Origin: Synechococcales cyanobacterium VAR_4_metabat_354
Lineage (GTDB): Bacteria > Cyanobacteriota > Cyanobacteriia > Cyanobacteriales > Chamaesiphonaceae
Direction: 5' to 3'
NCBI GenBank assembly: GCA_031414775.1
Contig: JANOQI010000049.1
Coordinates: forward strand, 1 to 25,503
Length of the DNA: 25,503 bases
How positions within the stretch are numbered: position 1 is the stretch's first letter; the number at the start of each line of letters is the position of its first letter. The translations under genes and the position numbers were made by a program. Positions 16,390-23,847 of the stretch are shown piece after piece. The notes under the pieces were generated by a model. The model made no database searches. It saw only the letters and a list, made by a program, of their open reading frames with translations, and was not told where the DNA came from.

Positions 16390-16456
16390 CACTATGTAGA
16401 TATCTACTGGACTAGTAAGATTTATAGCTCTTTGCCTAGTCTAAATTAATGCCAAT

Positions 16457-16897
16457 TTATGAAATATTCAGTACTAACTTTTGACGTAGCATCCCAGTAC
16501 CACTAGTCTCCAGTGTGGAGCGCATGTTTTTGTTCGTGCTGTAAAGTTCAATCTGGACGGACGAGTCTGGATTGTAAGTACCTTCAATGCTAACTTCGCA
16601 GGTCGATCGATTGAGACAGCTCGTTAAATTGATTGATCGAGTGTTCTGCAAATTGGCGATAAATTTACCATTGACTTTTATAGTACCTTTGATCTGAGCA
16701 TTAGCCGCACCATCAATTTTCAAGAATAGATCTGACCCAGCTAAATTTTTGCGGGCAATAGTAATAGTCGATTGTTGCTCTTGGGAGTTGGATATGATGG
16801 AATTCTGGGCAGTATTAGAATAGGATGCTGTGGTCGTAAATCCGCCCAAAGCCGTACAGGTTGCAAAAGATATCAAAGAAGTAGAGGAGAAACGCAT
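16457..16897 (-). CDS. Secreted beta-rich hypothetical protein
   Basis: Signal-like N-terminus MRFSSTSLISFATCTALGGFTTTASYS; alternating beta-strand patterns (IKGTIKVNG, CEVSIEGTY, SVQIELYS, LRQKLVLNIS); Cys pair SCLNRSTC. Confidence 0.78.
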   Translation of the reverse strand: MRFSSTSLISFATCTALGGFTTTASYSNTAQNSIISNSQEQQSTITIARKNLAGSDLFLKIDGAANAQIKGTIKVNGKFIANLQNTRSINLTSCLNRSTCEVSIEGTYNPDSSVQIELYSTNKNMRSTLETSGTGMLRQKLVLNIS

Positions 16898-17075
16898 ATT
16901 TTTTACTTTAAAGTTTAAATTTTTTAAACCCTGAGCAGACTACATAATAATCTTTGTAATTCAGACAAGGCGTAGCAATTCCAATGGGGTGTAAAGTACT
17001 ATTATAATCTTTGCCATAAGAGACCTGCTGGCATTTAAAGCACGTAAAATTAGCATCAGTGGTAGCCCAAAATCT

Positions 17076-17816
17076 GTGAATGAAAACCTACAACAATATC
17101 TAATTCTAGGGCAACCAGTACACCTGTCCTCTGATTACTTGAGATGGCTAATTAATAGATTAGACCGAAATATTAGCACTCATGTCATCACCATGAATTC
17201 CGAAATGATCATGCAGGCTAATCAAGACCCCCAGCTAGCCAGCATCATCCAACAAGCCGATCTAGTGGCCGCCGATGGGGCGGGAGTGACGCTGGCGCTC
17301 AAATTAAATGGGATCAAGCAGCAGCGCTATGCTGGTATTGATCTGGGAGCAGCACTGCTGAAAGTAGCTGGGAAGCAAGGTGCCGATTGTCCAGTAGCTT
17401 TTTATGGTGGTAAACCAGCAATATTACCCAAAGCAGTGAATTTTTGGCAGCAGCAATTTCCCCGTCTCTCGGTTGTGATCCAGCACCATGGCTATATTAC
17501 CGCCGCAGAGCAAGAACAGCTACTAGCTGAACTGCAAGCTCAACAGCCCCGAATTATTTTGGTGGCACTAGGCATTCCTCGCCAAGAAGTTTGGATTAGT
17601 GCGCATCGACACCTGTGTCCTCGATCGATCTGGTTGGGAGTTGGTGGTAGCTTTGATGTCTGGTCCGGAACCAAAGCTCGCGCCCCCGAACTCATCCAAA
17701 AACTGAATATGGAATGGCTATTTCGCTTGGCTCAAGAACCGAGCCGTTGGCGGCGCATACTGGTACTACCACAGTTTGTCCTGTTGGCTATTCAAGAATG
17801 GTGGCAGAAGAAATAA
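17076..17816 (+). CDS. WecB/TagA/CpsF-family glycosyltransferase
   Basis: HVITMNSE, ADLVAADGAGV, GIDL, FYGGKP, HHGY, VALGIPRQE.W, GVGGSFDVWSG..RAP, EWLFRLAQEPSRWRR. Confidence 0.95.
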   Translation: MNENLQQYLILGQPVHLSSDYLRWLINRLDRNISTHVITMNSEMIMQANQDPQLASIIQQADLVAADGAGVTLALKLNGIKQQRYAGIDLGAALLKVAGKQGADCPVAFYGGKPAILPKAVNFWQQQFPRLSVVIQHHGYITAAEQEQLLAELQAQQPRIILVALGIPRQEVWISAHRHLCPRSIWLGVGGSFDVWSGTKARAPELIQKLNMEWLFRLAQEPSRWRRILVLPQFVLLAIQEWWQKK

Positions 17817-17916
17817 GTGTCATACCTGTTCACTGCGCTGTACTGAAGGTAATCAATCAATTATAATGCATAGCGGCTCGCCCAAGCCAGCGTTCACTTC
17901 ATAGCGGAATTTTTCT

Positions 17917-19365
17917 ATGGCATCTATTCGTGAGTTACACCAACAGCTGGTGAGCAAAGAGCGCTCTGCTGTCGAGATTACTCAGGCAGCACTCGATCGA
18001 TTACAGTCGCTGGAGCCTCAGCTACACAGCTTTTTATGTGTTACTTCGGAAGCAGCACTGCAACAAGCCCGAGCGGTAGATGCTCAAATTACTGCCGGAG
18101 ATTCCATTGGCTGGCTGGCTGGCATTCCGATCGCCCTCAAAGACAACATGTGTACGCAGGGCATTCCGACCACTTGTGGCTCCCGCATTCTAGAGGGTTT
18201 TATCCCACCCTATGAATCAACGGTCACGGGTAAATTGCAAGCAGCCGGAGCCGTGTCGCTGGGCAAGACCAACATGGATGAATTCGCGATGGGCAGCTCC
18301 ACCGAAAATTCTGGTTATCAAGTGACAGCCAATCCTTGGGATACGACACGGGTACCGGGTGGTTCTTCCGGTGGTTCGGCGGCAGCAGTAGCTGCCGATC
18401 AAGCTGTGGTTTCCCTCGGTTCAGATACCGGCGGTTCCATTCGCCAACCAGCAGCTTTTTGTGGAGTAGTGGGTTTAAAGCCGACCTATGGTTTGGTGTC
18501 GCGCTTTGGGTTGGTAGCCTACGCTTCTTCCTTAGATCAAATTGGACCCTTTGGCCGGACGGTGGAAGATGCCGCCATTTTGTTGGAAGCGATCGCTGGT
18601 TATGACCCCAAAGATTCTACCAGCCTCAATGTTCAAATTCCGAAATATGCTGAGCTGCTGCGGCCAGAGCTGCCCCCAGGCTTACGGGTAGGCATTATTA
18701 CCGAAACCTTTGGTGAGGGCTTAGACCCCGTAGTTGCGATGGCTGTCCACAAAGCGGTCGAACAGTTTCAGGCTTTAGGTGCCACCGTCCAAGAAATTTC
18801 CTGTCCGCGTTTTCGCTATGGTTTACCTACTTACTATGTACTGGCACCGTCAGAAGCCTCCGCTAACCTGGCTCGTTATGACGGCGTGAAGTACGGAATG
18901 CGAGCCGAGACCGATAATCTGATGTCGATGTACACCCAAACCAGAGCCGAGGGTTTTGGCGCAGAGGTCAAGCGACGGATTATGCTGGGAACCTATGCGT
19001 TGTCAGCGGGTTACTATGATGCCTATTATCTGAAGGCACAGAAAGTTCGGACACTGATTAAGCAAGATTTTGAAGCGGCTTTTGGTCAGGTCGATATTTT
19101 AATTACACCGACGACTCCCACCACTGCTTTTAAAGCCGGGGAAAAGACTGCTGATCCTTTGAGTATGTATTTATCGGATTTAATGACGATTCCAGTGAAC
19201 TTAGCTGGTTTGCCCGGTATCAGTATTCCCTGTGGTTTTGATGCCCAAGGAATGCCGATCGGACTGCAAATTATTGGAAATGTGCTGCGGGAAGATGTGC
19301 TGCTGCAAGCTGCCTATGCCTATGAGCAGTCTACCACCTGGCATCAACAGCACCCCCAAATCTAA
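17917..19365 (+). CDS. gatA: Asp-tRNA(Asn)/Glu-tRNA(Gln) amidotransferase subunit A
   Basis: Amidase signature [42 protein letters not shown], and [29 protein letters not shown]. Confidence 0.98.
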   Translation: MASIRELHQQLVSKERSAVEITQAALDRLQSLEPQLHSFLCVTSEAALQQARAVDAQITAGDSIGWLAGIPIALKDNMCTQGIPTTCGSRILEGFIPPYESTVTGKLQAAGAVSLGKTNMDEFAMGSSTENSGYQVTANPWDTTRVPGGSSGGSAAAVAADQAVVSLGSDTGGSIRQPAAFCGVVGLKPTYGLVSRFGLVAYASSLDQIGPFGRTVEDAAILLEAIAGYDPKDSTSLNVQIPKYAELLRPELPPGLRVGIITETFGEGLDPVVAMAVHKAVEQFQALGATVQEISCPRFRYGLPTYYVLAPSEASANLARYDGVKYGMRAETDNLMSMYTQTRAEGFGAEVKRRIMLGTYALSAGYYDAYYLKAQKVRTLIKQDFEAAFGQVDILITPTTPTTAFKAGEKTADPLSMYLSDLMTIPVNLAGLPGISIPCGFDAQGMPIGLQIIGNVLREDVLLQAAYAYEQSTTWHQQHPQI

Positions 19366-19727
19366 TGCCAAACCGTCGGAAATCTCTCGCGGTCGCTACG
19401 CCGGTAGGCAGTTTTAAGGGAGCTTTTACCCACGGCGTTCTGACGGCTTTGGAACAAGCCGGGGTGAGGGCTGATGCCTATGCGGCGGCTTCCTCTTCAG
19501 TGATTCCGGCCAGTTGGGCGGACTTGGGACGGGCAGAGGATCTGGGCGTAAATTATTGGCTGGCAGGTTGGGAAGCACTGCAATTGCCCAACCAAAATAT
19601 GAGTAAAGTGATGCAGCGCGGTATTAGAACTTTTAGCCAAGCTTTGGGCCCTCAACTGTTTCAAGCGGATACGCCCCATTTGTATATTGCGACTAATGCC
19701 GTTTTAAGCAAACACCTCGAAAAATAG
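19365..19727 (+). pseudogene. Truncated patatin-like phospholipase (N-terminal half only)
   Basis: Glycine-rich loop GSFKGAFTHGVLTALEQAG, nucleophile-elbow-like AAASSS, and LYIATN, then a stop at 120 aa with no DGG/DxG motif. Start overlaps the gatA stop (TAATG). Confidence 0.6.
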
Positions 19728-19753
19728 CAAGTTTTATTATTTCTGATTACTAA

Positions 19754-19779
19754 AACACCAAGGTTCCATCCTTGGTGTT
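19754..19779. terminator. Bidirectional intrinsic terminator
   Basis: Perfect 10-bp stem AACACCAAGG / CCTTGGTGTT with a 6-nt loop, T-tract downstream and A-tract upstream, between convergent genes. Confidence 0.82.
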
Positions 19780-19821
19780 CTTTTTCTTGGGCACCTTGAT
19801 GAGCCAATAGATTCAGCTTTT

Positions 19822-20331
19822 TTAGAAGTTGTTGCCTAAGTTAATACCCGCACTACCAAAGTTTCCAAAAGCTGCACCCGCACTATAGCCAGGAGCCGAT
19901 AACGTGTTAGTCCCGGTACCAGCAAAGCTAGCTCCGTAACCGTTATTGCTAGCCCCTGCGCTAGCATTAGCAATCGCACCACCGGGTAAAATATTCAGGC
20001 TAGTACCGGTGCTACCAAAGGCGGTGAGACCGCTGCCGTTATTAGCACTGGCAGAAGTAGTAGAAGCAGCAGAAGTGGGAGTAGACATGCTGCTAGAAGA
20101 TGAAGAGGCACTAGATCCAGCACCGGTAGCCACCGCTATACTGCCAGCACTAGTTACAGTACCCGTTTGACTATTACCCGTGGTGACGCTAAACCCAAAT
20201 ACCTGCGCAGTACCGGGAATGGACTGAGCAATAACGGGTAATGGGGCAGCCTGACTGTTGGATACATGGAGCAGCGTAGTTGTTGCAACGGCAATACCGA
20301 CTAAACCCATAGAAAACAATTTGTTAGCCAT
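19822..20331 (-). CDS. Secreted Ser/Ala/Gly/Thr/Asn-rich protein with an uncharged mature region
   Basis: Signal MANKLFSMGLVGIAVATTTLLHVSNSQA; the mature part contains no D, E, K, R or H. Confidence 0.8.
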   Translation of the reverse strand: MANKLFSMGLVGIAVATTTLLHVSNSQAAPLPVIAQSIPGTAQVFGFSVTTGNSQTGTVTSAGSIAVATGAGSSASSSSSSMSTPTSAASTTSASANNGSGLTAFGSTGTSLNILPGGAIANASAGASNNGYGASFAGTGTNTLSAPGYSAGAAFGNFGSAGINLGNNF

Positions 20332-20654
20332 TTATTATTTCTTTAGTAGTTTTAGATAATACAATTTTTAATGGTTATGATATCTTATCGGCATCATTAG
20401 AGTAATGTCGATAAGTATTAAGTAGGAAATATTAATACTTGTTTATCTGCTGTATCCGCCAAAGCTCCTATTGACAGCGTGTTTCTTCTCTCATGTTTGA
20501 CTAGCAGGTAAGTTGTGATAATTCGTTGGACGAATTAAAGAAATATAGTGGTGATTCATCACTAATCGTGCCGTCTAGATCAAAGAGGATCAGATCCTGT
20601 TGTGGGGGCATGGAGCTAACACAAATAATGCTTACCCTAACATGGTCTACACTA

Positions 20655-20780
20655 AAGATCCTTTCGGTTCTGGTGGTGAACAGCTGCTAGAGGTAACGGG
20701 GAAAGTTTGGTGAAAGACCAGCGCTGTCCCGCAACTGTGATTCGGTAATTTATCGATGAGCCAGGATGCCCGCCGATGTT
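20655..20780 (+). ncRNA. Cobalamin (B12) riboswitch
   Basis: Conserved elements GGTTC...AACGGGGAAAG, TGGTGAAAGACCA, GCTGTCCCGCAACTGT and B12-box GAGCCAGGATGCCCGCC, directly upstream of cobW. Confidence 0.93.
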
Positions 20781-20803
20781 CATAAATAGTGCGAGGTACA
20801 CCA

Positions 20804-21859
20804 ATGGCCAGTAAGATTCCAGTTACCGTGATCACGGGCTTTTTGGGTAGTGGTAAAACTACTCTGATTCGGCATTTGTTGATGAACAACCAAGGCAAAC
20901 GGATTGCCGTCTTGGTAAACGAGTTTGGCGAACTAGGTATTGATGGTGAACTGCTACGCAGTTGTGGCATATGCCCCGCCGATGAAGCCCCTGAACAGAT
21001 TATTGAACTAACCAATGGCTGTTTGTGTTGTACTGTGCAAGAAGAATTTTTCCCGGCAATGCAGCAACTGATTGAGCGCCGCCAAGACATCGATCATATT
21101 GTAATTGAAACCTCCGGTTTGGCGCTACCGAAGCCGCTGGTCACTGCTTTTCGCTGGCCAGAAATCAAAAATGCGGCGACCGTTGATGCTGTCATTGCAG
21201 TAGTCGATGCCGAAGCAGTGCTTAATGGTAGATTCGCTAGTGATGTGGCGTTGGTAGATGCAGCACGGCAAGCTGATGATAATTTGGATCATGAAACGCC
21301 TCTGCAAGAGCTGTTTGAAGACCAATTGGCCTGTGCTGATTTGGTGATTGTGAATAAGACTGATTTGATTGCTGATGATGATTATGCGACGGTGCTAGAA
21401 ATTATTCAGCAACATACCAATCCAGCAGTGAAGATAATTAATAGCGATCGAGGACAAGTTGCTCCCGCAAAAATCTTGGGTTGGGAAGCGGCGGTCGAAG
21501 ATAATTTGGCCGATCGTCCCAGTCATCACGATGCAGAAGAAGAGCATGAACATGATGATGGAATTACTTCTGCCCATATTACGTTGGCGCAAGAATTTGA
21601 TCCGATCGAACTGCGCCGTCTCCTCGAAAAACTAGTACAGGAACAAGAAATTTATCGGGTAAAAGGATTTTTGGCGGTGCCTCGTAAACCGATGCGGATG
21701 GTGGTGCAAGGTGTGGGTCAGCGATTTGAGCAGTTCTTTGACCGACCTTGGCGATCGGACGAACCGCGTTTGACCCAGTTAGTTTTTATTGGTCAGCAGC
21801 TCGATGCGGCGGCAATTCGATCTAGACTAGAAGCGATGATTACTCCCGCGCAAGTATAA
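20804..21859 (+). CDS. cobW: Cobalamin biosynthesis protein CobW (COG0523 GTPase metallochaperone)
   Basis: KIPVTVITGFLGSGKTT, VNEFGELGIDG, ELTNGCLCCTV, IETSGLALPKPL, FEDQLACADL..NKTD, and the His-rich HHDAEEEHEHDD; B12 riboswitch upstream; ATG at 20804. Confidence 0.94.
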   Translation: MASKIPVTVITGFLGSGKTTLIRHLLMNNQGKRIAVLVNEFGELGIDGELLRSCGICPADEAPEQIIELTNGCLCCTVQEEFFPAMQQLIERRQDIDHIVIETSGLALPKPLVTAFRWPEIKNAATVDAVIAVVDAEAVLNGRFASDVALVDAARQADDNLDHETPLQELFEDQLACADLVIVNKTDLIADDDYATVLEIIQQHTNPAVKIINSDRGQVAPAKILGWEAAVEDNLADRPSHHDAEEEHEHDDGITSAHITLAQEFDPIELRRLLEKLVQEQEIYRVKGFLAVPRKPMRMVVQGVGQRFEQFFDRPWRSDEPRLTQLVFIGQQLDAAAIRSRLEAMITPAQV

Positions 21860-21861
21860 AT

Positions 21862-21996
21862 ATGGAGACCACTGTTGGACCGATTTTGGGCACGGCAGCC
21901 TTTGGCTTGCTGATTTTGGTGACTGGGGGGGTGGCTTATCTCACCCTGTCGGGCTGGCGAGATCGCCGTCGCAAAGAAAAAGATCGGCGGCGCTAA
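21862..21996 (+). CDS. 44-aa single-TM small protein with a basic C-terminal tail (missed by the ORF track)
   Basis: METTVGPILGTAAFGLLILVTGGVAYLTLSGWRDRRRKEKDRRR*; starts 2 nt after the cobW stop and fills the cobW-ureD gap. Confidence 0.75.
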   Translation: METTVGPILGTAAFGLLILVTGGVAYLTLSGWRDRRRKEKDRRR

Positions 21997-22008
21997 ACCG
22001 CAAAAATC

Positions 22009-22857
22009 ATGTTTTTGGCAACGGCTTTTGCTACCAGTGCTTGGCATGGTCAACTAGACTTGCAATTTACGAAGCATTGTGATTCCACGCAGCTGTCTCG
22101 TAGTTATGCCAGCGCTCCCCTCAAGGTTCAGCGGCCTTTTTACCCCGAACCAAATGTTTGTCATACGGTGTTGCTGCATACTGCCGGTGGCATAGTTGGT
22201 GGCGATCGGTTGTCTTCTCGACTGATCCTGGAGCCGCATACTCAGGTGCTATTAACTAGTGCGGCTGCGGCTAAAATCTATCGCAGTAATGGCTTAACCG
22301 CCGAACAGACTATTGCAATGGAGGTGGGTGACCATGCCCATTTAGAATGGTTACCCCAAGAAACGATCGTGTTCGATCGAGCTTTATATCATCAAAATAT
22401 TCGGGTCAACCTGGGAGTGGGGGCGACTTGGTGCGGTTGGGAAATTACTAGATTGGGGCGTAGTGCCCGTCGTGAGCAGTTTTTACAGGGGCAATGGCGG
22501 AATGCGATCGAAGTCTGGCAAGATGGTCAGCCTTTGTGGATCGAAAGACAACAATTAGATGGCTCGGTGGAGCAATGGCAGAGCTTACATGGTTTGGCTG
22601 GCCAACCAATTGTAGGAACTTTGGCGCTGATGGGCGTATCGGTAGAACCGGATTTGGTGCAACAGGCGCGAGATCTTTGGACTAGTGCCGATACGGAAAT
22701 GGTTTGGGGGGTAACGAGGTTGCAGGGCGGATTGGTTTGCCGTTATCGGGGGAGCGATCGACAGGAAGTGCAGCGGTGGTTTATGGCAGTGTGGGATTTG
22801 GTGCGGCAACGGTATCGTGATCGAACGGCTTGCATCCCGCGTGTTTGGCAAATCTAA
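22009..22857 (+). CDS. ureD: Urease accessory protein UreD
   Basis: WHGQLDLQF, PLKVQRPFYPE, LLHTAGGIVGGDRL, AAAKIYRS, LEWLPQETIVF, WEITRLGR, PRVW. Confidence 0.95.
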   Translation: MFLATAFATSAWHGQLDLQFTKHCDSTQLSRSYASAPLKVQRPFYPEPNVCHTVLLHTAGGIVGGDRLSSRLILEPHTQVLLTSAAAAKIYRSNGLTAEQTIAMEVGDHAHLEWLPQETIVFDRALYHQNIRVNLGVGATWCGWEITRLGRSARREQFLQGQWRNAIEVWQDGQPLWIERQQLDGSVEQWQSLHGLAGQPIVGTLALMGVSVEPDLVQQARDLWTSADTEMVWGVTRLQGGLVCRYRGSDRQEVQRWFMAVWDLVRQRYRDRTACIPRVWQI

Positions 22858-22867
22858 AGCTGCGACC

Positions 22868-23626
22868 TTAAGCTTCTTTGATAATTGTGAGACCCAAAGC
22901 CGCATATGTCGCTAGTCGTTCCGGTGCCACGGAGGGCGCTGTCACCAGATAAGTCAAAGCCTGAATCGTATCCACTACATAATTAGCCGCCGTATCCAAC
23001 TTGGCCTCCGTTGCCAGTCCAATCACCTCCGCTGCCCCGGCAATCATCGCCCGTTTGACATGAGCTTCGTCCAAATTAGCCACGCTAATCCCCACTTCGG
23101 GATGCAGACTACAGACCCCCAGCATACAAATATCCGCTCTAATCATCCGCAGGGATTCGATGGCAGTTGCCCCCACATTTACCAGCGCCTTTTTATAGAG
23201 CCGCCCACCCAGTACGATCACCTCAATTTGATGATGTTCGGCTAGCGCTAGGGCAATCGGCGGGCTATTCGTAACCACTGTCGCCACCAAATCTAATGGT
23301 AAATGCTTTGCCACTTGCAGTGTTGTCGTGCCCCCGTCCAGAATCACCACTTGCCCTGGTCGTACCAGCTTCGCCGCCGCCCGGGCGATCGATTCTTTTT
23401 CTTTGGGAGCCTGTTGTTGCCGGTCGGCATAACTAGCCGCAGCTGGTGAAGTCAATAAAGCTCCGCCGTGCACCCGTTGCAATAACCCCGCTTCGGCCAA
23501 TTCCCGCAAATCGCGCCGAATGGTATCTTCCGAAACCTTTAGCTCGCCACTAAGCTCCGACGACAGCACTTTCTTGTCACGGCGCAGGATTTCTAGAATA
23601 AATTGTCGGCGTTCCGCAGTTAACAT
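22868..23626 (-). CDS. DeoR/GlpR-family transcriptional regulator
   Basis: HTH VSEDTIRRDLREL...RVHGGA; sensor domain ILDGGTTT, VVTNS, LGG. Confidence 0.95.
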   Translation of the reverse strand: MLTAERRQFILEILRRDKKVLSSELSGELKVSEDTIRRDLRELAEAGLLQRVHGGALLTSPAAASYADRQQQAPKEKESIARAAAKLVRPGQVVILDGGTTTLQVAKHLPLDLVATVVTNSPPIALALAEHHQIEVIVLGGRLYKKALVNVGATAIESLRMIRADICMLGVCSLHPEVGISVANLDEAHVKRAMIAGAAEVIGLATEAKLDTAANYVVDTIQALTYLVTAPSVAPERLATYAALGLTIIKEA

Positions 23627-23639
23627 AAGTTACTTGCCC

Positions 23640-23724
23640 GAAATTGCATGTTTGGCCTTGAAATTGCCTGTTTGTGAGTATATACTCATTCTGGTGCGGT
23701 TGTTCAAATGAATATTCGTTTGAA
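23640..23724. promoter_or_regulatory. Candidate operator region between deoR and the transketolase gene
   Basis: Direct repeat GAAATTGCATGTTTG (23640-23654) / GAAATTGCCTGTTTG (23660-23674); perfect palindrome TGAGTATATACTCA (23675-23688); near-palindrome TTCAAATGAATATTCGTTTGAA (23703-23724). Confidence 0.6.
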
Positions 23725-23847
23725 AAAATAAAATACCGCAGGTTCGTGCAGGAGTAAAATCTAACAGCGTGCGCGGCATATCGCTGCTGCTCAGGCTTGA
23801 TGATTGCCAGCTTCTAATAATCCTTAAAATTACCAAAAACTAAATTT

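Noticed and set aside
15710..16456. c-di-GMP riboswitch or NtcA site upstream of the cluster
   Set aside because: No GEMM consensus found; the GTA..TAC spacings seen are 6 and 9 nt, not the 8 nt of NtcA sites.
20647..21592. Minus-strand ORFs over the riboswitch and cobW
   Set aside because: Shadows of a well-supported + strand gene and RNA element.
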